Source of the DNA: the human T2T-CHM13v2.0 reference genome, Homo sapiens | NCBI RefSeq assembly: GCF_009914755.1 | Contig: NC_060926.1 | Direction: 5' to 3' (one strand) | DNA: 64,000 nucleotides | Shown: piece by piece, positions 25,326-41,629 of the stretch | Layout of the letters: each line of letters begins with the position of its first letter | How positions within the stretch are numbered: the stretch's first letter is position 1 | Translations under genes and position numbers: made by a program | Notes under the pieces: generated by a model | Told to the model about the DNA's origin: nothing | The model's input: only the letters and a program-made list of their open reading frames with translations | Databases searched by the model: none

Positions 25326-25572
25326 TACTTATGTTCCTTTTATCTGTTTCCCAATCTTGTAAATAAATAAAATAAATAAAAATCAATATAACTCGATTTT
25401 TCACATTTAAAAAGCAGCATCTTCTGTAACATTTTCATGTTAGAACATGAAACATAGAACTATGTCTTTCTTACCATAGCATAAGTTTTTAAAATTGAAG
25501 TTTTGGTGGTTGTGTTTATGGAAAGAAAAATTACCATTAGGGGACAAAGAAAGAGCTCCCGGAAACTCTTCA

Positions 25573-25955
<383 letters not shown>

Positions 25956-26030
25956 AGCTCCACTCCTGGGCCTTGACTTCTGCTGTTTTTGCAAAGGTCT
26001 GCTGAGGTGCAGCCCAATTGTGAGCTCTGA

Positions 26031-26454
<424 letters not shown>

Positions 26455-28895
26455 GAAGATTTTTTTTTAAATAATACAATCAACACTTTTATTGATTTCT
26501 GTGTTTGTTTTAAGCAGGAGAGCTGACCCAAGTGACCGAGGCCACCTGCAGCTGCTCTCTCCACTTGCCATGGGAGCCTCAGCCGAAGATGTGGGAATGA
26601 AGTAGTCAGGGCATTTGTTTCCATGAAAATCCTCTTTGTGAGGCCGCCTTGGCTGGCTGTGTCCCTCGGCTGAGTGTCCCTGCTCCTCTCAGGCACCCTC
26701 TCCCCACGGCTCCTACTTCACTGGTCCCTCAGGGCCTTGGGTGGCAAGAGCTCTGCTTCTGATGCCTGTGCCAGGCCCCTGCCCTGGGCTTTCCCGGAGC
26801 CTTCAGCCCAAACATACCTGGGTGATTAGTACTTTTGTAAATAAATGCTCTACAAATTACCCCAACTAAAGTGGACCGGCTCCAAAGTCCACACTGTGAC
26901 AGCCATACCTTTAAAGTAACGACTGGCTTCCTCTTTCATCTGCATTGACCCTGTTTGCTCAATGTAATGTGGTCTTTAATTCAACGATTACATTTTGCAT
27001 ATGTAATATTTTGACTTGGTTCTTTTCGGTAGTTTCTTTGTCTTAGGTCTTATTACTAATAATATTTTTCTGTATCCAAAAAGATATTTATTGTGCTTAT
27101 TAAGTATGTTTGGTCTGTCTTTTCCAGCAACTCTACTTCCAGTAGTGGATGCTGTGCAGCCTACTGTGTTTCGGTGGGCATTGGACTCTTAAGATAGGCA
27201 GCTGCTCCAGTGCACGTGTGTGCATTCCCTGGGCTTAGCAGCTCCTGGTCACCCTGTCTGCACTAGCAAGGCTCCCAGTGAGTCAACGAGGAGGGTGGCC
27301 CCAGAGCAGAGGGCCCCAGGCACGAAGCACCTCACTCACTCTCTCCTGCATCCTGCCACCCCACAAGCCACTCCTGCAGGCGGGCCTGCCGGTGAAAGCC
27401 CTGGAGGAGATCACAGTGGAAGAGGCCCATTTCCCTGGATAGCAACTGTCCCACCCAGGGGGGTTTCAGGAGGAGGATGGAGGGCACACAACACCGGTGG
27501 CTTGTGGGGCCCTCACACTGGCTGACACAGCCACCTTGCAATCCTGACACCTGAGCGGGACCAGGCAGCATTTGTCACGAGGTGTGGGAGGCAAGCAACA
27601 AGAGCAGAGTGTGAACAGCCTTCTTAAGTCTGGCTCCTGGCTGCCCCATCCTCCATTCCCAGCTACAGCCGCCCAGGGTAACTTCAGTTTCTCCAAGATT
27701 TTCTCACTGATTTTGGTTAGTTTCTGAAATGCACACTGCCTTCTCGCCTCCACAGCTCACCCAGGGTCGATTTTGGAGAGGGAGCCAGTAGCCCGTGCAG
27801 CACAACACATGGAGGCCTGGAGCCCCTGACGATGGGTCTAGGGAAAACCACGCAGGGGCCACTCCCAGCCTTTCCGTAGCACCACTCACTGGCCCTGCAG
27901 ATCTGTTCTGTTCCCTGATGTCAGTATTGTGGCCTGGGGTCCTCCCTTGCCACTGACCAGATAGAATCTGGCCACACTAGAGACAGGCCAGCTAGAGCCT
28001 CTCAAGGCAGTCTGGGAAGGTGAGACAGGGCCGGAGGCCTCTGGAAACAGCTGCACTCATGGAAAGCACAAGGCTTCTGAGCTCTCTCTGGAGATGTGGG
28101 TTTGAATCCCTGTTCCAGTATTTACTACCAAGTGACCTTAGACAAGTTCCTAACCACGCTGGGCTTCGGGTTCCAGATCTATAAAAAGAGACTGAATGCG
28201 GCTTGTGGTCCTGAGGTGGGTTCCAGGCGCAGAAACCTACAGGCGCTGTGCTCCAGCAGGCCTGCGGAGCTCCTAGGTGTGGATTTGCAGCCACAGAATC
28301 GGAGGAGGCCAGAGGAACTTCATGGACAGGCAGGCCATTGCGTAACTCCATGCTTCACGTAGGAACATGCCTGCTGATGGACAAAGCACAAGTCACCACG
28401 TGAGGGAACTCCAGCCCAGCCAGCATGGGGCCACCATGGGCAGAGGGAAAGTGGCAGTTCTGGCAACAGCGGTGGCTAATGCTCTAAATCTGAACTGATC
28501 AAGTGCTAATTCCCACCTCAGGGCCCAGCAGTCCCACTCTGCAGCCCCATAACTGAGTTTGCCATCAGGAGAGGAAATGCTTTCTTCTCGCTTCCAGACA
28601 CTGCTGAGCTTGTAAAGCCAGATACCGTGCTGGGCATAGGTGTCTGGCTCAGTGGCACCTCACCAGGAAGGAGGGAAGGAAGGCTCTGAGTTGGAAAGGA
28701 AACCTCTGCATTAGTGTCAGAGGGCTTCAAGACCAAGAGATTCTGCCGATCATTCCCATGAGACTTCACTTGTTCCCACCTGCTGGTGAGGGCCTGGGCT
28801 ATCTGGGTGACAACAGGACTAGAAATAATTTGCACAGAACACCTGGATGGCACTTGGGGCACAATGTACCTTCAGTGAAGGGGGGCTGCCCTCTT

Positions 28896-28901
28896 TTTAT
28901 T
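28896..28901 (-). terminator. Candidate poly(A) signal for the PRSS40 pseudogene
   Basis: TTTATT on + (AATAAA on -), about 820 nt past the stop codon; usage not demonstrable from sequence. Confidence 0.35.
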
Positions 28902-29720
28902 GTGAGTTCAGGTTGGGGGTTGCGGGAGAGCTGCGGTGCGAGGCCCTTCGAGAGTCCTGCTGACTCGCTAGGATACAAACCTGACTCAGACAGGTTTACA
29001 GGGGCAACTCAGAGTCTGGTTTATGGGCTCAGTGCTGGACCAGCAAGTCCTGGGTCAGCTAAGCCACAACCCCTACAAGCTGGAGCAAGCCACAGGGATG
29101 GGGGCTGGGTTTCTGGAGGCAGGGAGAGGGCAGGGCAGCGGGTACAGGGGGCAGTCAGCTGAGAGCTGACCCATGGGACACAGCTCTGGTACTGCTGACC
29201 GAAGACCTCAGCCCCCTTCACAGTTTACTTGCAAGCTGTCGAGGAGAGCCTCTGTGACCTGCGCACCTGGAAGATGCCGCTTCATCCCTGACCGGTGCAC
29301 AACACCCAGCTCCAGGAGGACAGGCAGCTTCTTCCATGTGGGGAGGCCCTGGCCCCATTTTTCTGGAAGACTGCATGCCCTGGAGGACCCGAATGGGGCC
29401 TGAGTCTGCGCGACCCAACTTCCCAAGGAGAGTGACTTGGCTCCCATATGGTCAGCCTGGACCCTGCCCAGGGAGGAGGGAGACCTTCCCTCCCTGAGGA
29501 GCTGGAGACACAGTGGAGCATGGGAGATGGCTCTGGTGGGCCAGAAACCAGAGCCAGAAGCTTCTTGGGTGGTTTTTAGTTTGTCAGGCCTGAGGCAGGG
29601 GTGGCCTTGGGTGGACAGGAGAGCTCAGAGATGGAAACACGTCAGGAGTGTGCAGAGCTCAGCAAGGAGGCCGGCCTGAGGTGGGCATGCTTGTGGTAAG
29701 AGGCCAGGGGCCCTGGCCCT

Positions 29721-30035
29721 TCACAGGCTCCCCAGGAGAATCAGCAGCAGGAGGAACATGTGAGCAGCCAGAAGGGCTGCGCAGAGCCCGGGCTTGTGGA
29801 CGATGCCCTGAGAGGTCATGCTGTCCAGGGCTGGGGGTGTTTCCTGAGGAGGAGCCAAGGCGGGATCTGGAGGGGTGCTCTCCCTCTTCTTCTGGCTGAT
29901 CCAGTTGGTGAAGTAGGGGAGCCTGGTGAAGACCCTGGGACCGACGGGTGAGCAGCAGTCGAGGCTCCAACTAGACAGCCCCATCAGGAACCAGGTGCCA
30001 TTTAATGGGCAGACGAGGGGACCCCTGGAGTCTCG
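29721..30035 (-). pseudogene. PRSS40B: PRSS40 exon 5 (catalytic Ser, hydrophobic C-terminus)
   Basis: RDSRGPLVCPLNGTWFLMGLSSW...PRVFTRLPYFTNWI...AALLAAHMFLLLLILLGSL then TGA; acceptor TTCTCAG|. Confidence 0.93.
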
Positions 30036-30465
30036 CTGAGAACAGAGAGGACATGGTGGTAGGGACCAAGACAGGGAGGGACACGCATTGTTCAGGGCAC
30101 AGGAGGGGACCTTACGCTTCTCCAGGATGGAATGTGGGAAGCAAGGTGTGGGGCAGGTGTCTCCACTGTCTGAGTGAGTGGCGCTCATCAGTCACCTGGG
30201 CGATGTTAGAAGCCCAGACCCAGGAGGGACCTCCTGGATCAAAATCTCGAGCACGGGGCCCTGGAGCTTCACTCCACAAAGCTCCCAAGGAGACCCTGGG
30301 CAGAGCCTCCATCCTGGCAGTCACAAACCCATGAGAATAAGCAGGGGATTCTAGGAGATGGACATCCAGGCCTAGCCCTCCTGACCCCAGTGGGGAGAAG
30401 GCACTGCCTGTGGTCCCCAGGGTGGCTGGGTGCGAGCCTGGAGGAATGGCTGTGCCTTGGCCTGA

Positions 30466-30930
<465 letters not shown>

Positions 30931-31963
30931 TCTAGTCCCGAATCCAGATGTCCTTCACTTATTAAGGTCTCTAGTGTTCCCTCCATTTCTTGGTTGAGCT
31001 TTTTAGAAAATGCCAGGCTGTGGGATGTGCTGAGGGGAAAAGAGGTGCTGCCCGTGCCCAGCGTGGGGGTAGGGCAAGTGCCAGGGGTTCCCAGGTGAGC
31101 GCGGGGGATTGTGAGTGTGGCAGGGCCCCCAAGCGGGGAAGTCCCTGACATCATGGGCAGAGCACCCGCATCCCATAGGCCAAAAAGGGAAACCCAAGGA
31201 AACAAGCATCCTCCTGCCATCTGTGCAATCAACATGACCAAGTCTTTCTGTGTGCACACAGCACTGAAGAGGCCCCGAGGGACCTTCCACATGAACAGAC
31301 ATCGCAGACGTGGGGTGTGGATCGGGGCGGCCTGGAAGGACCCCAGAAGGGCTGCTCTAATTCTAGAGCTTCTCTGAGCCAACACAGGAAGGAGGGGCAA
31401 GACCTGACTGTGCCAGCCCACAGCCTCCTCAGAGGGCAGGGAACCCATGGGACCTGGTGCAGATTCTGTCTGATAGGATGGTACTGGCCTGAGCCCCATC
31501 AGGACACAACTGCAGGAGAAGGGATGGCAGAGGCTGGCGGGAAATGGTCAACAGACGGGACTTGCCATATCTGACCCTTTCTCTCTGTCTAAGGAAATGG
31601 GGCAAGGCAGGGGAAGCAGGCCCAGTGGTGCACAGTGGGCTGTTGGTGTCAGGAGGCTGAAGGGCCCCTCCAAGGAGGAGAGCAGAGAGCAGGAGGGGCC
31701 GCCCACAGTGTCTGATGGGGGATGCTGCACCAACGCCTGACAGCATGGCTGTGGTGAGGACGGAGCCCAGGAAGCAAGAGAGGGCACAGGCAGGCACCCT
31801 GGGGTGAGCCCTGCTGGGATGGGTGGGGTGGGAGGAGGTTGTGGGGAGCAGGGAGGGTGCCTGTAGGGCATTTTGTGATGAGAGTCATCGAAGAATGTTT
31901 CTGCACCATGAGGTGACCAAAGAGAGAGAAAGAAAAAGAGGGAGGCGCAACAGAGGGAGAGGA

Positions 31964-32259
31964 GGCCGGGCACGGTGTCTCACACCTGTAATCCCAGCAC
32001 TTTTGGGATGCTGAGGCAGGCAGATCACTTGAGGTCAGGAGTTTGAGACCAGCCCAGCTAACATGATGAAACCCCATCTCTACTAAAAATATAAAAATTA
32101 GCTGGGCGTGGTAGTGCATCCCAGTTACTCAGGAAGCTGAGGCAGGAGAATCACTTGAACCCAGGAGGCAGAGGTTGCAGTGAGCCGAGATTGCACTACA
32201 GCACTCTAGCATGGGCGATAAAGTAAGGCCCTGTATCAAAAAAAAAAAAAAAAAAAAAA
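31964..32259 (+). mobile_element. Alu (AluS)
   Basis: Sense Alu dimer with poly(A) tail. Confidence 0.9.
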
Positions 32260-32399
32260 GAGGGAGAGGATCCTGCAGGAGTCCTCCTGGGACCCACAGC
32301 TCCCAAGAAGGGCAGGGCCTCTCCAAGCTTGACTGTGGCTGTGACCCCTCACCTTGGGTGATACACTTCCTCTCTGGGCCTCAGTTCCCCGCACTATAA

Positions 32400-33770
<1,371 letters not shown>

Positions 33771-33783
33771 TGAGCCCACTCAC

Positions 33784-33959
33784 TCGGCAAATGGCCTTTC
33801 CTGTTATGAGGTCCCCAGCGCACAGCATGTCCTCGTGGATGGTGTAGTCACTGCTGCTTGGCTGGCCGGGGTACTGGGGCTGGAAAAAGGATCCGCAGAC
33901 AGTGTTGTCCATGACACCGACCTCTGCCTCCTGAAGTTGGAAGGGCTCAGGCAGGAAGA
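33784..33959 (-). pseudogene. PRSS40B: PRSS40 exon 4
   Basis: FLPEPFQLQEAEVGVMDNTVC...IHEDMLCAGDLITGKAICR; acceptor CCACAG|, donor |GTGAGT. Confidence 0.93.
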
Positions 33960-33960
33960 C

Positions 33961-34023
33961 TGTGGGAGGAGATGTCAGATGTGGGAGGAGATGTCAGATG
34001 TGGGAGGAGGTGTCAGATGTGGG
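33961..34023 (+). repeat. 19-bp tandem repeat (TGTGGGAGGAGATGTCAGA) x3.3
   Basis: Units start at 33961, 33980, 33999 and 34018. Confidence 0.92.
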
Positions 34024-34756
34024 CCTCAACTGCAGCTGCAGCCAGAGGGAAGCCCTCCCTCCCCAGCCTGCTGGCCCAGGGAGAGCACACGAAGATAAGG
34101 GGACAGCCAAAGGGGGAGGGCCTGCAGTAGGAAGAACCAGGAGGGAGGCCAATGTGGCTGCAAGGGAGCAGGCGTGGGGTGAAAGGTGAGGTGCAGCCGC
34201 CTCAGGGCCCAGAGCAGGGGCCCTCCTAGCCAGGATGTGGTGTTGGAGGTGTCGTTCCAAGCACACTGGGACACAATAGAAGGGTCAAAAACAAGCCCTC
34301 TGGCTGCTAAGAGGAGGCAGAGCTGGAGGCAGGGAGGGTGGCAGCTGGATTGCCAGCCTGGCCGGTGGCATACCTAGCAGGTGCTGGGTGGGTTTGAGCA
34401 GTGTAGCAGTGTGACAAATCAGGCATGGCCCTTCCTCAAGGAGCAACTGGTCTGGGGACACTTGGGCTCTGTTTCCAGATGTCGCTCCCAGATCTGGCCT
34501 GGGGTCCCCATGTGGGAGCAGCGCGATGACAGGGGCCGACCCCTGCACAATGCCTGCCCTGTGTGGGCCTCATGTGTCCTTGGGGGCTGCCGGTGTGTGG
34601 AGAGAGAAGGATGACTAGAGCCCAGATCTCTCATCAAGGTCGGTGGCTCTCTGCTCAGTAGCTGATCCAACTAACTGGTGACTTCCCCAGGCCCTAGCTC
34701 CTCCTTTCCCACCTGGAGAATCTTCTCTGCCTTGATTCTTAGAGAATGACAGTCCC

Positions 34757-35014
34757 TTGGAGGCCGAGGAGGGCAGATCACCTGCGGTCGGGAATTCGAA
34801 ACCAGCCTGACCAACATGGAGCAACCCGTCTCTACTAAAAATACAAAATTAGCCAGGTGTGGTGGTGCATGCCTGTCATCCTAGCTACTCAGGAGGATGA
34901 GGCAGAAGAATCGCTTGAACCCGGGAGGTGGGGGTTGTGGTGAGCCGATATCATGCCATCCCACTCCAGCCTGGACAACAAGAGCAAGACTCCGTCTCAA
35001 AAAAAAAAAAAAAA
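34757..35014 (+). mobile_element. 5'-truncated Alu with 15-bp TSD
   Basis: GAGAATGACAGTCCC at 34742-34756 and 35022-35036. Confidence 0.88.
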
Positions 35015-35370
35015 ATAGTTTGAGAATGACAGTCCCAGGAGGCTGTCTTTGGAGGGCTGGCTGCTCTCATGACTAGGGCCACGTGACTGGCATTCAGTGG
35101 CCAAGGCAGGGAGGCCAGCTCTGGCCTGTTCATGGAAGAAAGTCCTGTCCCAAATGCCTCCTCTGAGATATTCTGCCAGATCATGACCCCACAAATAATG
35201 CCAAATTGCCATTCTACTTTTTTGCACTCATCATTACATTTCCCTAAATCAAAAGCATTCACTCTTTTGCTAGAGTCTTTGCCTAACATTTCTTCCCTCT
35301 CAGTCTACAAATATACAAATATATGACAAATATACTGGGTGAGCAGTGAGGTTCACATTCACAGAGATAA

Positions 35371-35765
<395 letters not shown>

Positions 35766-36076
35766 AGGCCTGCTCTTACTTGCTACTGATGCCCAGCACC
35801 TTCCACAGCTGTGGAAGCTCCAGTAGAGTTTGGTGAGGCCCTGGAGGAGGTCAGATGGCAGCAGGCCCTTGTAATCAGGGTGGAGTCAGAAACATTCAGA
35901 ACCAGGGAATCCTGAATGGCTCAGAGTCAAAGAGCCCAAGTACCTGCCTCCAAAAGTGGGAGAAGCTCAGGCCGCTTGACCCATGCCAGGGGGAATTGTG
36001 ACACTAGGGAGGACTGGCAGAGCCCCGAAGCGGCCTCCCGCACCTTCACCTGCATTGCCTGCCCTGCACTGCTCAC

Positions 36077-36351
36077 CATCCTCGGTGACCATTCCCCAAC
36101 CAGATATCCAGCAGGAGCTGTCAGGGGCCAGCCACGTGGTTGGTTCCGGAAGGCAGGCGGGGAGGATGTGGGAGCTGAATTCCACATGACGGTGCAGCTG
36201 CAGCAGGGTGATGTCACTCCCCATGCGGTGCAACTCGTTATAGTCAGCGTGCACCATGATCTTATTCACTGTCATCTGCTTGCTGTGCTCTGTGGGATGG
36301 CTTTGCTGGTCATACCCAAGCAGGATCCGGTAATCAGATGGGTTAGTGGAC
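36077..36351 (-). pseudogene. PRSS40B: PRSS40 exon 3 (catalytic Asp)
   Basis: STNPSDYRILLG...GSDITLLQL...HILPACLP...CWISGWGMVTED; AG and GT sites intact. Confidence 0.93.
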
Positions 36352-37819
36352 CTGTTGTGGGGAGGCTCCTCTGAATGCTGGGCCGGCACCCTCACCCCGG
36401 CTGCCCACCTGGAAGGCACCCAGACCCCACCATCACTCTGGGGTTTCTGTCTCCTCCCTTCCTCGTGTCAGATAGCCCTGCTTTGCTCTTGACACAAGCT
36501 TGAGGGCCTACAGCCTCAGGACACTTGGCCTTGGATGATTCCTGATGGCTTTCCCAGCATGCCCCAGACTCAAAGGAGTAGAGAATCTTAGTGCAGAAAA
36601 CACTGGCGATGCATTACACTTCACCCCTTCATTTCAGAAAAGAAGAGACTTGGCTCATTCCTAGCTCTGACCAGAACCTTCCCAAGGCCCCATGACCTAC
36701 AGCAATTCTCAAAGACCCTGTTTCCCTAGCCAGCATGCTCCACCCACTTCTCCCCGGTTCTCACACACCACCTTCTCCAAGGCTGCCCCACCTGGTGACA
36801 GGAACTCAGTAGGTATTTGTGAAGCACATGGAGGAGTTAATGGAACTGAACTTCTTGTTTCCAGAAAACGAGTGACTTTCCAACCCACAGGTCCTGGCTG
36901 TGTGGTTCTCCTCCCCCAACATGGCTGCATCCACCTCCCCCAAGGCCTCTCCTGCTCTAAGCCCCTGTCTGGCACAGGGTCTACCATGGTCCTGGGCTTG
37001 CGCCTCACTTTCCTGACAGGATGAGAAGCCTCAGAGTGGGGCTTGCATCTCTATGTACCACACAATGGGCCTCACTTGAGGCCTGGCACCTGTGGATGCT
37101 GAATAAATGAGTGGGACCTGAGGAGGATGCTACAGCCAGCTATGTCCAAAGCTCTGGCTTCCTGGCTCAGAATTGGACATCCTCCCTGACTCCCTTTGGG
37201 CACACAGCGAGCCCAGGAAGCATCGGAGGAGTAACTCAGTCTCTTGACCCTCTGCCTCACACCTCCTGGGACAGAGGCCATCTGTTTCATCCCTCACTCT
37301 GGTCTGTGGGGACGGTGGCAAATAATTCTCCAGAAGTGACAAAAACCCCCTGGTGGCTGGACATACAGAGTCGCAGGACCCTTCTGGGGAAGAATGTGCC
37401 AGCATATGTGGGTAGCCAGGACCTAGGGGAGCCTCCGGCAGGTGTTCCCCGGACAGCCTGCAATGAGCCCTGGTTGGAAGGGGCCAGGTGCTCGACCATG
37501 CCTGCCTGGCCCTGAGAAGCCCTGGGACTGTCACTCTGTCTTATCACCTGAAGTGTGTGTCAAGTGTGTGGCCTGGGACACTGCACACCCACTACCATTT
37601 ACACAAGAAAAACCGAGGCCCACTGAGATTGTGTGGATGGCCTAGAGCTGGGCAAGATGCAGAAACCAAAGTTCACCCTGAGGGGAACATTAGGATTTTG
37701 ATTCCTAAAGTTTACAGCAGACGGAGAATGGGCTGGAAGTGGTTCCCTTTAGAACGAAAGTCTGTTTTCCTGTATTTATTGACAGTCCCAACTAGAGTGA
37801 GTTAATTTTCATTTAGCTA

Positions 37820-38425
37820 TTTATTTTATTTTATTTTTGAGACAAGATCTGGCTTTGTGGCCCAGGCTGGAGTGCAGTGGCACAACCACATTTCACTGCA
37901 GCCTCGACCTCCCTGGGCTCAGGTGATCCTCCTGCCTCAGCCTCCTCAGTAGCAGGGACCACAGGCCTGCCCCATCGTACTTGGCTAATTTTTTTATTTT
38001 TAGTAGAGATGGGTTTTGCCATGTTGCCCAGGCTGGTCTTGAACTCTTGGGCTCAAGCAATCCACCTGCCTTGGCCTCCTAAAGTGCTGGGATTACAGGT
38101 GTGAGCCACCGTGACAGGCCTTAACTATTTATTTTTACTTTTAATTATTTACTTATTTTCAGACAGGTCTCATTCTGTCACCCAGGGTGGAGTGCAATGG
38201 TGTGATCACAGTCACTTGCAGCCTTGACCTCCCAGGCTCAAGTGATCCTCCCAAGTAGCTGGGACTACAGGCGCACACCACCAGGCCCGGCTAATTTTTG
38301 TACTTTTTGTAGAGATGAGGTGTCACTATGTTGCCCAGGCTGGTCTGGAATTCCTGGACTCATACAATCCTCCCACCTTAGCCTCCCAAGTACTAGGATT
38401 ACAGGTGTGAGCCATCACACCCGGC
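37820..38425 (-). mobile_element. Two AluJ-like elements (mirror copy 62117-62722, +)
   Basis: Antisense dimers at 37820-38120 and 38130-38425. Confidence 0.85.
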
Positions 38426-38775
38426 TCCATTTAGCTATTTCAAAGTAATGTGCAATGTAATGAGGCAACCACACCATCTTAGCAGGCTGACCAATGTGGT
38501 GTGGGGTGGGGTGGGGTTGGGGAATGCCCAACCCCAGAGTGAGAGATGAGGTAGGAGCCTCTGCTTGGGAGATGCCACACAGTTGGTCAGGAGACTGGAG
38601 CAGAGTGACGAGCAGGGACAGCATTCCAGGCACAGGGCACTGCTGGGTCAAAGGCAGGACACCTGGGGCAGCAAACTGTCCCAGAACAAAGCGTACAAAG
38701 AAAAGACTGCGCCCTCACTTTGGGCTTCCCTCTTGCATGCACTCCCACAGCGGGGCCCGTGGAGGGAAGATGCAT

Positions 38776-38962
38776 CTTTGGAAGCAGTGAGCAGCAGAGG
38801 CCACCCAGTTGCTGTCGATGAGGGCAGCTCCACAGATGTGCCCGCCTAGGTAGAGGAGACTGGCCTGCCATGGCCACCGCTAAGGCTCAGCCCTCTGGCC
38901 TCCAAAGATCTTCCCGGTGGGCCTCCCGGAGGAATTGCCGCTGAATCTGGCCTTCTCACACA
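38776..38962 (-). pseudogene. PRSS40B: PRSS40 exon 2 (activation site and catalytic His)
   Basis: [62 protein letters not shown]; acceptor CCACAG|. Confidence 0.92.
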
Positions 38963-39149
38963 CTGTGGAGACAGCCCAGCAATGAGGTGCCTGCACGAAG
39001 GACGCCAGCCAGCCCCGGGTGCCCCCAAATATCAGGATCAACAGGACTCGGGGCCACCAGGCCCCTCCTCTCACTTCACAGGAGGGACAAGTCCAAGGCT
39101 CAGGTTGAAGCCACGTGGCCCATGTGACAGCACCACCTGGATGACCCGG

Positions 39150-39950
39150 GAGCACACAGCCCATGGCCCCCTGTCAGGGGCGACGGCCCGTGGGGCTACG
39201 GGGTGAGCACTGGGCCCGACTTTTCCCAGGCCTCAATGCCGTTTGTGATGGCGCAGAAGCTGCCTGCTACAGAAGGGATGTACTGCTCCACTGCGCGGCC
39301 CCTAAGCGGCAGTGCCCTCCCTTCCCGGCCCAGTGTTCTCCCAGACTGAAGCGAACGAGAGACAGTCCGCGCACAATCCCGTCTGCAGTAGCATTTCCCC
39401 ATCCTGGAAATGAGGGTGTGTGGGGCGCTGGACTGTAGAGGCCTGAGATCCAACCCGGCAGAGCCAGCGGGGGAGCGCCCCGCCCTCTCCCCTCCTTCCA
39501 AAGGCGCCTTCCTCCCAGGGCCCGGAGAGCCAGACCTGGCCTGGCTGGGCCCTCCTGGCGGGTGTCCTCATCGGGCGGAGGGGGACGGCCACGAGAGGCA
39601 GGCGACCTCTGCTCCTCGCTCTGTCTGGGCCACCCCTGCCCGCTCACCTGCAGAGAGGGACGAGGTGGACTAGACGCGCAGCGGCAGGAGGATTGGCCAG
39701 AGGAGGGAGGCGGCCAGTGCGCAGTGCCCCCGCCGGCCCTGGCCTGAGCGCTCTGCCCCTGCTTCCCTCATCAGGCCGGTGGCCTGGGCGTCCCCGACGG
39801 GGCGGAGAGCGCGGCGCGTGGCCAACCGCGGGGCTCCAGGAAAACGCCTGCGTCCATCAGGATGCTGGGACTGGATCTCGCGCGGCGGGTGCGGGGAGCC
39901 CAGGTCGGTAGGAGGCAGGGGTCGCTGGAAACCCCCAGAGCATCACAGGG
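39150..39950 (-). promoter_or_regulatory. CpG island / probable promoter of PRSS40 (left copy)
   Basis: CpG-dense, GC boxes (GGGGCGG), spans exon 1. Confidence 0.75.
39648..39771 (-). pseudogene. PRSS40B: PRSS40 exon 1 (signal peptide MREAGAERSGQGRRGHCALAASLLWPILLPLRV*STSSLSA)
   Basis: ATG inside a CpG island, hydrophobic stretch, TAG at codon 34, phase-1 donor G|GTGAGC. Confidence 0.75.
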
Positions 39951-40377
39951 CCCCTCCCTCCAGGAAGTCCACTGTGCAGGGGAGACATGAAGGCAACTAT
40001 GGCCCAAGCCCAGAAATATACAGTAATGATGAGAGGGCAAGTGCTTACATCACGTCATCAAGCATTTCCAGCTTGCTTTCCGAGTTCAACCCACTCCTCC
40101 ATAAGGACGCCGGCTCAAGGGATTAGGTCAGGCCCACTAGGGACAATACAATATCCTTTTCTTAAACTCCAGCATACAACAGTCACGAGAGGGCTGTGCC
40201 ATCTCAGTCACAGGTCCCTCCACACTCAACAGGAGGGTCATAGACAACAGCTGAGTGGCAGCGAGTCATCTTAGAATTCTACCTAACACAGCCCAACCTC
40301 CGGCCTCCAGTGACGCATGTCCCTCCCAATCCCCAAAATGCATTCAGCATACCTCAAGGTTACCAAGAGCCTCATCC

Positions 40378-41621
<1,244 letters not shown>

Positions 41622-41629
41622 ATCTCATT

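Noticed and set aside
33961-34023. CRISPR-like or prokaryotic interpretation of short direct repeats
   Set aside because: No unique spacers, and the context is primate intronic DNA; it is a simple tandem repeat.
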